From positions 1 through 56,400 of the IMG/VR virus record IMGVR_UViG_3300020121_000067: a stretch of DNA of 56,400 bases; one strand, 5' to 3'. The notes under the pieces were generated by a model. The model did not search any database and was not told where the DNA came from. It worked only from the letters and a program-made list of their open reading frames with translations. Every line of letters starts with the position of its first letter. The first letter of the stretch is position 1. Shown piece after piece: positions 9,200 through 18,236 of the stretch. A program made the translations under genes and the position numbers. The DNA comes from a virus (Duplodnaviria; Caudoviricetes).

Positions 9200-9513
9200 C
9201 AGGCTTTTATCACCTTGGCATTTTTAAATTTAGCATCATCGTCGGGCGTGTATTCCGTCAGTTCGGACATGGATTTTATATCATCATAATCAACCACGTG
9301 CCCATTCGTGTCCATCACCGCCGATAGATAATCCCATTCGTCACAATCATTGAAAACTACGAATATCCAGCCATCATCGGCCACAAACGTAACATTCCCG
9401 GCATACACATGTGCCCATGAATTCCCAGCAACAGATACGCCCAACTCGCCACGCTCAATTTGTTTCAATCGAGTGAGAGCCTCTTTCTCGAATCCAAATG
9501 GAAGAGTACGCAT
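9199..9513 (-). CDS. Hypothetical protein (AT-richer insert)
   Basis: 104-aa ORF coupled by TAGATG/TGATG junctions. Confidence 0.7.
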   Translation of the reverse strand: MRTLPFGFEKEALTRLKQIERGELGVSVAGNSWAHVYAGNVTFVADDGWIFVVFNDCDEWDYLSAVMDTNGHVVDYDDIKSMSELTEYTPDDDAKFKNAKVIKA

Positions 9514-9651
9514 CTATTTCCGCTTCCCCGGTCTCGGTGGCGTCATGCGGTTCGGTGATTTGGTGCCATGACGTAGGCGCGGCCCACGCTGGGCTTCCTC
9601 GTTCGTGCCACCGTAGGCGTTGTCCGCGATGACAATCGGCCCCTTGGCCAT
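9514..9651 (-). CDS. Small basic protein, 45 aa (MAKGPIVIADNAYGG...PGKRK)
   Basis: Fills the gap exactly; GAGGTG RBS. Confidence 0.7.
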   Translation of the reverse strand: MAKGPIVIADNAYGGTNEEAQRGPRLRHGTKSPNRMTPPRPGKRK

Positions 9652-9653
9652 GA

Positions 9654-10286
9654 CTACTTCACCTCTGCGGGGATAGTATCACGCCTCTCCGATTCAGCAA
9701 CATCGAATTCGTGGGTCGCCTCTTCCTCACCGCGCAGCCACGCTCCCACCAGCGCCGCTGCGTCCTTGCCGGAATCCTCATCCCCGGACGATCCCATGTA
9801 CTCCTCCAGCTTCTGCATCGTGTCGATCATCTGCGGCAGGGTGATCTGGCCGGACATGATCAGGACTTCGGCGTTCGTGGAGAGATCGCGCTGGAGCTGG
9901 CGCCACGCGGCTCCCTTTTTCTCATCGCGCGCCGTGGAGAAGGCTTCAAATATTTTTGACAGTACGCTGCGCGCCTTGGCTACTGCGGCTTGCGAATCTC
10001 CCACGGGTACTCGCGGTTCCGGTTGCGCAGCTCCTTGGCCTGGGACTCGGCTGCCGCGGTTCGCTTCGTCGCGTGGCTTTGCTCCAGGAGGTATAGGTCT
10101 AGTTCCGACTTCACCGCCGGGACGTGGCGAGCGGTTGCTTCGGTTACCTCGTCCACGGGGGCGCGGTTGTTGAGCGAGTTCACCGCCTGAAGTTCCGACT
10201 CTACGCTCCGTGCCAGTGGTGAGGGCTTCGTGGATGTCGCTGGCCCAGCGGGTGTCGGGGATGTTTGGATCGGGGTCGATGGCCAT
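9654..10286 (-). CDS. Hypothetical protein with helical C-terminal domain (possible small terminase-like); N-terminal half overlaps 9980..10486
   Basis: GAGGAGG RBS before ATG 10286; alternative GTG start near 10004. Confidence 0.6.
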   Translation of the reverse strand: MAIDPDPNIPDTRWASDIHEALTTGTERRVGTSGGELAQQPRPRGRGNRSNRSPRPGGEVGTRPIPPGAKPRDEANRGSRVPGQGAAQPEPRVPVGDSQAAVAKARSVLSKIFEAFSTARDEKKGAAWRQLQRDLSTNAEVLIMSGQITLPQMIDTMQKLEEYMGSSGDEDSGKDAAALVGAWLRGEEEATHEFDVAESERRDTIPAEVK

Positions 10287-10486
10287 TCGGGGGCCTCCTC
10301 TGTCTTTGCGGGGACGTAATAGATTCTAGCTCCGAGGCGCAGGGTGAGCGTCGCGGCGTTGTCGGAGCTGATGTTCTGGAGCGAGAGTTCGAGACAGAGC
10401 TGCTGGAGTTCGGAGAGAGGACAGGTGAAGGTGCCGCCGTGCTGCGCGAGTAGTTGGATCAGGGATTTCAGGAACTCTGGTGACAT
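9980..10486 (-). CDS. Hypothetical protein
   Basis: 168-aa ORF, protein-like at both termini. Confidence 0.65.
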   Translation of the reverse strand: MSPEFLKSLIQLLAQHGGTFTCPLSELQQLCLELSLQNISSDNAATLTLRLGARIYYVPAKTEEAPEWPSTPIQTSPTPAGPATSTKPSPLARSVESELQAVNSLNNRAPVDEVTEATARHVPAVKSELDLYLLEQSHATKRTAAAESQAKELRNRNREYPWEIRKPQ

Positions 10487-10839
10487 ATATTATTCATTTC
10501 CTGAACATGACTAGTAACCGGAGCCGAGCCAAATTTCCACTCTGAGTCTCCTACCCTTAACCAGCAATTCATTCTGTGATCCTCAACATAATGCACATTG
10601 ACAAATTGAACTACGTCTTCAGGCAAATCCTTGGCCAGCGTCAAAACGGCGTTGTTGAACATGTGGCGTTGTATTCCCAACCGCTTACGCCATTCGTTAT
10701 ATCTAGGCGTAGCCTCAAGCATAGATATTATTTTGTTCAGTGTATCCTGCGTACCCCGCAGATGCGTTGGCTCATCGTAGCCAAAGGTAACAGACTGATA
10801 CCCATACTCCAGCAAAGATAGTGATAATTCAGCGTTCAC
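10468..10839 (-). CDS. Hypothetical protein (AT-richer insert)
   Basis: GGAGG RBS, 123 aa. Confidence 0.7.
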   Translation of the reverse strand: MNAELSLSLLEYGYQSVTFGYDEPTHLRGTQDTLNKIISMLEATPRYNEWRKRLGIQRHMFNNAVLTLAKDLPEDVVQFVNVHYVEDHRMNCWLRVGDSEWKFGSAPVTSHVQEMNNICHQSS

Positions 10840-10852
10840 ACGCCCTCCAAGT

Positions 10853-11101
10853 TCATGCCGGTATCATTACAACTTGTTCCGGCTGCTTACCTTCCGCCGG
10901 AGATGATACAAACAAAGCATTAAACACTCTTGTTCCCTCTTTGGTATATGCATAACCAAGATCGGCAGGCCACCCCATCAAACGATGAAAGCTCTTGTTG
11001 TCGAATGGCCCAATAGATACGGCTACCCTTGCGTTTTGCGGCATGGACTTCAACATCTCTATTAGTTCAGCCACTGTATAGCCTTTTAAGTTTTCATTCA
11101 C
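10853..11101 (-). CDS. Hypothetical protein (TVAELIE.LK..P family-like)
   Basis: GTGA overlap with the terminase stop; 82 aa. Confidence 0.7.
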   Translation of the reverse strand: MNENLKGYTVAELIEMLKSMPQNARVAVSIGPFDNKSFHRLMGWPADLGYAYTKEGTRVFNALFVSSPAEGKQPEQVVMIPA

Positions 11102-13941
11102 ACTCCCTCCAAATTCGCGCCAGCGGTTTTCTTCTTCCCCTTGTTGATCGCTTCCAGCGCCTTCAGATGCCGGTTCCCATGATCAAGTAGCATTCCCATG
11201 TCGGTGGTGAACGGATCGAGCGCCCAGCTCACTCCGGGGATCTGGTTTCCATCACCGGATGGCTTGTCCAAGGTCTCAGCGCGGCCCTTGCCGATGCGGG
11301 TGGTGTGATATTGCTTGACCGCGATCCACCCGAGGAGTCCCGCCATGAAGATGTCATCGTGTCCCTTGATGACCTGCCAGTTCCACGCCATCTCCATCTG
11401 CGCACGGGACATCTGTGCGAGGAATTGCTGGTCGGTGACGTGGGCTTCTCCCCGGCGGAGTGCAAGGCGGAAGCGGTCGAACAGCATGCGCCGTGAGCGT
11501 TGCGTGGTTTCCCAGCCGAGGGCGGTGGACGCTTTCGCGTGAACTTTATCATCGCGTGAGCCACGCCAGAGATATTGCTGTGGATAGTAGTAACGGTCGC
11601 GTAGCTCCTGTGCGGCGGTGGCCCCCCAGCCGCCGGTGAACTCGATGTTGATCATCGCATTGTTATAAAAACGCCCGAGACCGTTGAGAAAGTAAGCAAG
11701 AGTCTCAGGAGGAATTCGTTCGGCGAAACGAAAAGCCATCCGTCCAGTATCTCCGTTCCAGCCCACGATGGCAGCAAAATCGCCAGTTCCAACGCCTTTA
11801 GCAGCGTCAGCTCCGATGTAATATTGTCCTTTTTCTGTTGGCAGTTCCCAGACACGTATTTCACCCTCTGGCCTTTCTTCAAAGATTGGAATTCCTCCAT
11901 CTGTAGTGATGATCGTTCCGCGCAGGATCGGCTTCTGATTGTCGCGCTTGGCCGCACTCAACTCAATGCTGTCGAACGCCGGCCTGCCGGAGGAGATGAA
12001 TCCTTCCTCCGGCGTGTTGTGTGTGAGTATTCCCTCGGCAGAGAACGCAGCCTCTCCCTCGATAGTGAAGTCATAGGTTTCCTCTATGCCATCAGGAACC
12101 ACGCACACGACTTCATCGCGCAGGATGTTAAGTTTTCCCTGACACACTTTGCGCTGGCACTTGCCTCCGCGTTTGCGTGCACTGCGGAATTTGATATCGC
12201 GGATGAATATTTCCGATCCGTATCGCGTACAGAGGAGTTTCCATCCAGTGTATTGCTTGCCCGTGCCACCGATTTTGTTCTCCGCCATGATGGAGGAATC
12301 TATGCCGAATCCCAGCAACAGGAGTTGCACTGAGCGAACGAACTCATAATCCTTGGCATACATGCTAACAAGGCCCAATCGCGGTGAATAATGGCCATCC
12401 GCCTCGAACAGGCCAGAGAGGAACTTGGCCACCACGTTGCGCGGAGATTTCCAGATACATTCTGGCACTACGATGTTGCGCTTGTGGTATCCATCCTGTG
12501 CGGGCTTTATAGCTCCTAGGTGGAGCATGATGTATTTGGCTGCGGAGCGTCCATCGTCGTCCTTACCACGGGCGGATATGTAATCGCATCCCTTGCGTCC
12601 TTGGATGGGAGATATGTTTTTCGTGGTGGTTCTGCCGATTAACTTCTCCGTCAACGCACGGACTTCTGTCACCACGTCCTGATCCTTGGCATCGCAGGCC
12701 ACGCTGAACTCGGTTTTGTACCAGCAACCATCGCCCATGAAATATCCGAGCAGTAGACCCCAATCCTCAGATATTTCCACGGAGGTGGTGGCTCCGGGGA
12801 TGGAATGCCAATGCGCAGTGTATGGACGTTCGGAGAATCGTGGAGATCGTAGAGTGAGCACATCTCCCGGCATGAGCGCAGCGAGTAATTTCCATCCCTC
12901 AGCGGTCATCACCGGATGATCGTGTGTTCCGCGCAGGATGCGGCCTTGGCGCGTGGTCAGTTTGTAAATTGGTGAGGCTGGCTGAACGTGCCAGCGAATA
13001 ATCTTGCCACTCTCGGTCAATTTGGCCTTGGAGGCTTCGCCCACGGGAATGATTCCCAGTTCCGTGCTCACGCGAGCCTCGGCGGTTAGACAGGATGGGT
13101 AATCCTGCTTCATCAGATCGTGGTTCCCCGCGCAGGCCTTGGCCATCGTCCAGCGATACCACGCGATCTGGTTCTTGGTGCAGGAGAACTCACGCGCCAG
13201 CCATTTCTCATACTCACCCTTCGGAGCGTCATTGGCGAGAATGCGCGTCTCCTCATCCGAGAGCGAGAACCCCGGATCCTCGTGCCACGGCATGAATATC
13301 GGGATGAAGCCGTTGGCCCCGTCCACTGCGTCATGCCAGTAGTTGTAGAACGCCTGGCCCGGGCCTTCGATGCCGTTCGGCGTGGTCTCGATGATGATGA
13401 TGTTGTCCGGGTCTTTGGAGACGGTGTTCACCATCGAGACGAAGGATTCCTCTCCCGGATAATACGACGCTTCCGACAAAAGAACCGCGCTAGCGGTGAG
13501 CCCGCGGCCACCGATCACAGTCTTGGCGGTCGCACGAGTGAGCTTGGAATAGTGTCCGCCCTGAAAATTGTAGGTGATCTGCGTCTTGTCGGATTTTATG
13601 TCCACTCCGCGTCGCTGCATCGCCTCCGCGAACGGCTGCGCACGCTCCTCGTAGAGTTCCTTGGCGGTTTTATCCAGCTGCGCCACGATGACGGACTTAC
13701 CTCCGCGCTTGGCCATGTTGTGCGCGGTCAGGAGCGCGACGGCCCAGGTGGAGCCTCCCGTGCGGCGGGACTTGTAGAGGATGACTTGCAGAGGCATGTT
13801 CGGGCGGTAGTGTTCGCGAATCTCCCGCATGATGCGTTGCTGCGATGGAGCGAAGATGAATGGCACCGTGCGTCCGGTGTCGCGGTCGCGGATCGGGAGG
13901 CGCGAGCAGAAGGACTCGAAGCGGGCGAGGTCTAGCGGCAA
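11098..13941 (-). CDS. terL: Terminase large subunit with intein
   Basis: Walker A variant 'KSRRTGGST', Walker B 'VLLSEA', coupling motif 'ETTPNG', RNase H-like nuclease 'IGADAAKG..GD' and 'HDD'. Confidence 0.93.
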   Translation of the reverse strand: MPLDLARFESFCSRLPIRDRDTGRTVPFIFAPSQQRIMREIREHYRPNMPLQVILYKSRRTGGSTWAVALLTAHNMAKRGGKSVIVAQLDKTAKELYEERAQPFAEAMQRRGVDIKSDKTQITYNFQGGHYSKLTRATAKTVIGGRGLTASAVLLSEASYYPGEESFVSMVNTVSKDPDNIIIIETTPNGIEGPGQAFYNYWHDAVDGANGFIPIFMPWHEDPGFSLSDEETRILANDAPKGEYEKWLAREFSCTKNQIAWYRWTMAKACAGNHDLMKQDYPSCLTAEARVSTELGIIPVGEASKAKLTESGKIIRWHVQPASPIYKLTTRQGRILRGTHDHPVMTAEGWKLLAALMPGDVLTLRSPRFSERPYTAHWHSIPGATTSVEISEDWGLLLGYFMGDGCWYKTEFSVACDAKDQDVVTEVRALTEKLIGRTTTKNISPIQGRKGCDYISARGKDDDGRSAAKYIMLHLGAIKPAQDGYHKRNIVVPECIWKSPRNVVAKFLSGLFEADGHYSPRLGLVSMYAKDYEFVRSVQLLLLGFGIDSSIMAENKIGGTGKQYTGWKLLCTRYGSEIFIRDIKFRSARKRGGKCQRKVCQGKLNILRDEVVCVVPDGIEETYDFTIEGEAAFSAEGILTHNTPEEGFISSGRPAFDSIELSAAKRDNQKPILRGTIITTDGGIPIFEERPEGEIRVWELPTEKGQYYIGADAAKGVGTGDFAAIVGWNGDTGRMAFRFAERIPPETLAYFLNGLGRFYNNAMINIEFTGGWGATAAQELRDRYYYPQQYLWRGSRDDKVHAKASTALGWETTQRSRRMLFDRFRLALRRGEAHVTDQQFLAQMSRAQMEMAWNWQVIKGHDDIFMAGLLGWIAVKQYHTTRIGKGRAETLDKPSGDGNQIPGVSWALDPFTTDMGMLLDHGNRHLKALEAINKGKKKTAGANLEGV
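12016..13092 (-). mobile_element. Intein (359 aa) with LAGLIDADG homing endonuclease
   Basis: N-terminal C-LTAEARV, block B 'GTHDHPV', LAGLIDADG-like 'LLGYFMGDG' and 'FLSGLFEADG', C-terminal 'GILTHN' followed by Thr. Confidence 0.95.
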
Positions 13942-13944
13942 GGG

Positions 13945-14034
13945 TTACTTCCCCCTACATATACAGCATTTACGCAGGTGCTTACGTTTGCGCACCATGC
14001 GAACGCCACATCCGGGGCATGGGACTGAGGCCAT
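13945..14034 (-). CDS. Cys-rich basic micropeptide, 29 aa (MASVPCPGCGVRMVRKRKHLRKCCICRGK)
   Basis: TGATG coupling; fills the gap to the terminase; CxxC...CCxC. Confidence 0.55.
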   Translation of the reverse strand: MASVPCPGCGVRMVRKRKHLRKCCICRGK

Positions 14035-14660
14035 CACTTACCCTTCTGCTTACCGCCAGTCGAGGCAGCGAACTCCGCATCCCGCTTCACATTCTCCTGA
14101 TAAATCTGCTGCTTCGACTTCTGCGTCGCAGGCGCATCTCCCGGCAGCATCCCCCGGTCAGTCATCGCTGCGATGCCGTGCTTCCTGCGGTTCTCCTCCA
14201 CGATGCAGGCGTCGGAGCAGAAGTACTCGGTGATGAACGCTCCGGTGGCGGAGTCTTTGCGCGGACGGACCATCCGCCAGTTGCGGTTGCCCAGCTGGCG
14301 TTTGGTGGTGTGGCACATGAGGCATGCGGTGTCGAGGGTCTCCTGCGTCCGGCGGATTTCAATCGTGCGAGCCGCGAGTTCGCAGCGCGCCCGCATCTTG
14401 GCCAGCAGGACGAAGCCCTCCTCGATGTCGATGGTCGAGAAAAACTCGCGGACTTCGGTGTCGTACTCGGCTTCCGTGGCCCAGCGCGCGTAGGCGAGAA
14501 TGGACGCGGCAGCCGAGGCCTTGGCCTTGTCGCCGGAGTGGGATGCGTGGTTCAGTTCGGTCGCAGCCTCGGAGGGCGTGAGATCAAGGTCGTTGCCGAT
14601 GAGATCACCGGGAGGGAGGACAGGTTCCGGGACTGCGGGGACTGCATTGTGTTTGGCCAT
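14034..14660 (-). CDS. Hypothetical protein with treble-clef/TRASH-like Zn motif
   Basis: CLMC...YFCSDAC. Confidence 0.7.
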   Translation of the reverse strand: MAKHNAVPAVPEPVLPPGDLIGNDLDLTPSEAATELNHASHSGDKAKASAAASILAYARWATEAEYDTEVREFFSTIDIEEGFVLLAKMRARCELAARTIEIRRTQETLDTACLMCHTTKRQLGNRNWRMVRPRKDSATGAFITEYFCSDACIVEENRRKHGIAAMTDRGMLPGDAPATQKSKQQIYQENVKRDAEFAASTGGKQKGK

Positions 14661-14881
14661 TATCGTGTTCCTTCTTTCTCGCGATTGCTCTCCTCCGCGT
14701 TCAACTCTTCAATCTTCCGCTGGAGTTCCCACGCCACGTCGATGGACATGCCTTGATTCTCTCTGCGTAGTCCCAGAGCAGCGGCGAACACGTCAATCAC
14801 CGCCAGTTGCGCGGACATAATTTCGTTGCGACGGCGGAGTTGAATGATCTCCTGATGAGCGGACTGCAATAGATTCTTCAT
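14660..14881 (-). CDS. Hypothetical coiled-coil protein
   Basis: 73-aa ORF, TAATG coupling. Confidence 0.7.
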   Translation of the reverse strand: MKNLLQSAHQEIIQLRRRNEIMSAQLAVIDVFAAALGLRRENQGMSIDVAWELQRKIEELNAEESNREKEGTR

Positions 14882-14893
14882 AGTTGCCTTTCA

Positions 14894-15172
14894 TTAACGA
14901 AAATATTTAATCCTGCCGAGCCGATCCTTCTCCACCGACCGCGCGCGCTTGTACTGTTGCATCGTCGGATGCTCGGCCACGAACCGCTTGAACTCCGGCG
15001 CGGTGCGCACCTGCACGGAGATGATCTTGCGGATGTCGCGGCAAGCGGTGCAGCCGAAGCAATAATGAGTCACGTATCCATGCTCGCGGTGCTCCTCCAC
15101 GAGGATCATGGAGTCACGCGGGGCCTCGGGTGGATGATCGGGACTCTTACAAAGTGGTGGCTTCTGCGGCAT
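14894..15172 (-). CDS. Hypothetical Zn-binding protein (MPQKPPLC...CFGCTAC)
   Basis: ATG at 15172 overlaps the upstream TGA. Confidence 0.65.
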   Translation of the reverse strand: MPQKPPLCKSPDHPPEAPRDSMILVEEHREHGYVTHYCFGCTACRDIRKIISVQVRTAPEFKRFVAEHPTMQQYKRARSVEKDRLGRIKYFR

Positions 15173-15924
15173 CAGTGCCTCACTCCGAACCTGCGAATCT
15201 TTCCACTCCCACGACACACTGGACATGCGGCCTGCGAAGCTCCGCCATCGGGCAGCGCGACCTGCATGGTTCCACTGCCGCCACACCTGCCGCAGGGATC
15301 GCTCGCCGGGGATTCCTCCAGCCTGCGACGTTCGTTCATCGCCTTGCGTCTCGCTGCGGGAGTTTCAGCGAGGTTTATATCGGCCTCGGCGGTTTCGAGT
15401 CCCGCTGCTACCGCGTCGCGGTCTCCTTCCGCTGCTTCTCGGATGGCTTCGGCTTGAGGGTCTTCAGCATAATCTGTGTCGTCCTGCGTATGGCCATCAG
15501 GTTGTTCAGTTGCTTCCGACACGCTTCTATATTCTTGTCTATTTGTCGAAGGCACTTTTCTAGCGTCATGTGATCCTCCAGCGGCGGCGTTAACCGCAAA
15601 CATCTTCGTGTCCGTTGGCGTCACCAGCATCAGCGATTCCACGTCGGCGGGGAGTGACTGCACCACGGCGCTGACCACCGAGCTGAACGCGAGGTCGTGG
15701 ATGCGCAGCACGGCGATGGCTCCATGACGGAAGAGAGATAACACCGGTGGAGTAGAGTCGAGGGAGCGCGGGCCAGTGGTTATGGGCTTAGCGGCGGATG
15801 CCACTGGCTGAGAGGTTGCGCTCCTGCTACGCGGGATGAAGTGTCCCCGCGAGTCACGTTGTCGTGGGGGGATCTGGCTCGGCGGTGCTGAGTTTGTCTG
15901 CATGGTTTTCTTCCGGGTTGGCAT
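15172..15924 (-). CDS. Hypothetical protein with C-terminal DnaJ-type Zn finger
   Basis: CGRCGGSG...CPVCRGSG. Confidence 0.7.
   Translation of the reverse strand: MPTRKKTMQTNSAPPSQIPPRQRDSRGHFIPRSRSATSQPVASAAKPITTGPRSLDSTPPVLSLFRHGAIAVLRIHDLAFSSVVSAVVQSLPADVESLMLVTPTDTKMFAVNAAAGGSHDARKVPSTNRQEYRSVSEATEQPDGHTQDDTDYAEDPQAEAIREAAEGDRDAVAAGLETAEADINLAETPAARRKAMNERRRLEESPASDPCGRCGGSGTMQVALPDGGASQAACPVCRGSGKIRRFGVRH
15408..15569 (-). CDS. Nested out-of-frame 53-aa coiled-coil ORF (MTLEKCLRQIDKNIEACRKQLNNL...)
   Basis: GGAGG 5 nt before ATG; heptad-like pattern; entirely inside 15172..15924. Confidence 0.4.
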   Translation of the reverse strand: MTLEKCLRQIDKNIEACRKQLNNLMAIRRTTQIMLKTLKPKPSEKQRKETATR

Positions 15925-16291
15925 TGGGATACTTTACTCCTTCGTGGAGGGAGACGGCCTTAACATCACGTTCCAGATCGCGTAGCTCGCGGTCGAGGCC
16001 CGCGCCTTCAACGATTTTGAATTCCTCCGTGAACTCTGGCACCACATTCCCCGCTGTCATGAAATCCTTCACCGTCCGCCAGTCCTGCCCCGCTGGAGCG
16101 TCGGTCATCAGGCCAGTCTCTATGCGACCAGCTACGGTGCCGTCCTTGTGGTAGCGCACGATAGAATCCTTGCGCAGTGTACGCTGAATGCGCTGGCGAT
16201 TGGCCTCACGGAACTCCTCGCGTAGCTCCTCGAAGCTGCGCTGTCCATCCGCAGGGAGGACAATACTATCGCGCTGGATGGAGTCGCTCAT
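15854..16291 (-). CDS. Hypothetical protein
   Basis: ATGA-coupled start at 16291. Confidence 0.65.
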   Translation of the reverse strand: MSDSIQRDSIVLPADGQRSFEELREEFREANRQRIQRTLRKDSIVRYHKDGTVAGRIETGLMTDAPAGQDWRTVKDFMTAGNVVPEFTEEFKIVEGAGLDRELRDLERDVKAVSLHEGVKYPNANPEENHADKLSTAEPDPPTTT

Positions 16292-16404
16292 TTCCACGCC
16301 AACACTCTAACTACTACTGATAAAGCGCCACCATCAGCGTCATATCCAGCCACTACGCGCAGGACAGTTTGGCCGTCCAGTCTTTCCAGTTTGAATAATC
16401 TCAC
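16288..16404 (-). CDS. Small hypothetical protein, 38 aa (MRLFKLERLDGQ...)
   Basis: GTGA and ATGA overlaps on both sides. Confidence 0.6.
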   Translation of the reverse strand: MRLFKLERLDGQTVLRVVAGYDADGGALSVVVRVLAWK

Positions 16405-16751
16405 ACGGACACCTCTTCAGTAGCATTATGATCGGACATCTCGGGGATAGCGGCTCCCGCGTCAGTGGCGACTGGTTCCACCACCGCAGGCTCATCCACC
16501 TGCGCCGTCACCACCGGAGCAATCGTGACCGTGATCTCATCACCGATCTCCAAGGTTCCGCGCTGGAGTGATTCCATGCCCACAACGAAGATCGACGCTG
16601 GCGCTCCCGTTGGGTATATCGTCACCGCCAGCTTCACGTCCACGTCTTCGTCGTGGTCTACCGGATTGCCCAGAACGTCCACCGGGCCGTTGCGGTGAGA
16701 GCGCCCGGTGATCCAGCCGCGCATGGTGATCGAGCCGTCGGGGTTCAACAT
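16401..16751 (-). CDS. Hypothetical protein
   Basis: 116-aa ORF with GGAGG RBS. Confidence 0.7.
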   Translation of the reverse strand: MLNPDGSITMRGWITGRSHRNGPVDVLGNPVDHDEDVDVKLAVTIYPTGAPASIFVVGMESLQRGTLEIGDEITVTIAPVVTAQVDEPAVVEPVATDAGAAIPEMSDHNATEEVSV

Positions 16752-16752
16752 C

Positions 16753-17310
16753 TCAGTAGCCTCCGAAGATCATGATTGAGCTGCCGGCGAGGAAACTGTT
16801 GGCCCCGAGGATCAGCGCGGTCACCGAGGTGATCTGCGCGGTGGTGTTGACCCACTCGCCCGCTTGCTGGATGACGATGCCAGGGGTCGCTACCGCGCCT
16901 GAGCCGATTACGACACGACCGCTGACGACCTTGCCCTGTCCGAGGAAGTTGATGATGTTCAGCGAGGCCACGATCTGCTTTGTGGTGGCAATGCCAAGGC
17001 GGATCTGCGCAGTCGTGGCGGTCTCGGCGTTGGTGTTGAGCGTGGCCCCCTGCGCGATGGATACGTTGCGGTCCCAGTAGTTGTTGCCGCCGTCGCCGTT
17101 GAACCTGAGGGTGGGAATGTCGCTGCCGCTGAGGCCGGGGCAGTTGAGACGGATTTCCAGCGTGGGATAGGCCGGTATCGGAAGCACGGGAAAGGATGCA
17201 GCGTTGGCAGTGAGCGTGGCGCCGGTGATGTAGAACGGAGGTACTACGCTGTCGAAGCCATAGGACTGGCCGAGGGCTGCGGTGAATTGGCCGGGGTTGA
17301 TTGTCGCCAT
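16753..17310 (-). CDS. Virion-like beta-sandwich protein (tail-fibre C-terminal domain-like)
   Basis: 'LRFNGDGGNNY...WVNTTAQITSVT...FLAGSSIMIFG' resembles phage tail-fibre terminal domains. Confidence 0.55.
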   Translation of the reverse strand: MATINPGQFTAALGQSYGFDSVVPPFYITGATLTANAASFPVLPIPAYPTLEIRLNCPGLSGSDIPTLRFNGDGGNNYWDRNVSIAQGATLNTNAETATTAQIRLGIATTKQIVASLNIINFLGQGKVVSGRVVIGSGAVATPGIVIQQAGEWVNTTAQITSVTALILGANSFLAGSSIMIFGGY

Positions 17311-17328
17311 GACGGAGGCTCCTCTGGG

Positions 17329-18009
17329 TTACTTCGTGGATTGCTGCATCGCGATGAGCGTACTACTGTTCTCGCCAGAGTGCAACAAATATTGCTCGGC
17401 TATGTAGCGGGAGTAGGCGGGAGGGATTGCCTCCCGCGTCTCATGTCGTGTCATCCACGTCAGCCCCATCTCCCTGCCCCATAGCTTCTCTGGGTCTTGC
17501 CTGCCAAACTCCGCGTAGATGCGCTGACGACTTTCCTCCCGATGAGGATTCAACACTGGCTTATCCACTTTACAACGCGGGCGCGACGCGGGCAGGAATG
17601 GAGACTCGAACAGCCTATGCCGATGTACTCGCATCCCGAACATGGTTCCACACAATACCAAGGGATTACGCAGTGGCGCGCCCACTACATTCTCAATGAC
17701 CCACGGAACTCCCAGCTTTAACAATAGCTCCCGAAGAGGTTCTATCAACATCGGTTGCGGGGCGGCTAAATGCCGCATAGCAGCCGAATACGACTGGCAT
17801 GGCGGACTGGCCCATATGAAATCGAACTTCCTTCCTATACGCCTCGCTACGGCAATCGCATCGCCCTGAATAAAATCATGTCCACAGTAGTTCTTCTGCC
17901 ACTTGATATCCACTCCCGTAACGTGAGCCTCAGGCCACGCCTGAATCATTCCCATCGTGGCCCCGCCCGCGCAACAATACAAATCCAGCACCCGCCGTGG
18001 AGGATTCAT
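17329..18009 (-). CDS. Short C5-cytosine DNA methyltransferase
   Basis: Motif I 'LDLYCCAGG', IV 'ASPPCQ', VI 'IENV', VIII 'RHRLFE'. Confidence 0.88.
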   Translation of the reverse strand: MNPPRRVLDLYCCAGGATMGMIQAWPEAHVTGVDIKWQKNYCGHDFIQGDAIAVARRIGRKFDFIWASPPCQSYSAAMRHLAAPQPMLIEPLRELLLKLGVPWVIENVVGAPLRNPLVLCGTMFGMRVHRHRLFESPFLPASRPRCKVDKPVLNPHREESRQRIYAEFGRQDPEKLWGREMGLTWMTRHETREAIPPAYSRYIAEQYLLHSGENSSTLIAMQQSTK

Positions 18010-18236
18010 GCCGCTTCCCCACCGTTCCCGACCATCACCTTCGGCTCTGTGTGATCCCTATGTTTGTTCTTGTCTCCGTCGGTGGGAGAGCTTCCGATCC
18101 TGGTGACCCGCACGACGAACACGCCTCCACACTCGCCACAGTGGAAGCGTCTCGTCCACGCGGCGGTGCCTTCTCCAGTCCACGCGGGGTCGGTGGGTCG
18201 CATCCAGATGGAGTTGCAGGCGGGGCAGCAGGTCAT
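18006..18236 (-). CDS. Zn-ribbon protein
   Basis: CPAC...CGECG; ATGA couplings. Confidence 0.7.
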   Translation of the reverse strand: MTCCPACNSIWMRPTDPAWTGEGTAAWTRRFHCGECGGVFVVRVTRIGSSPTDGDKNKHRDHTEPKVMVGNGGEAA

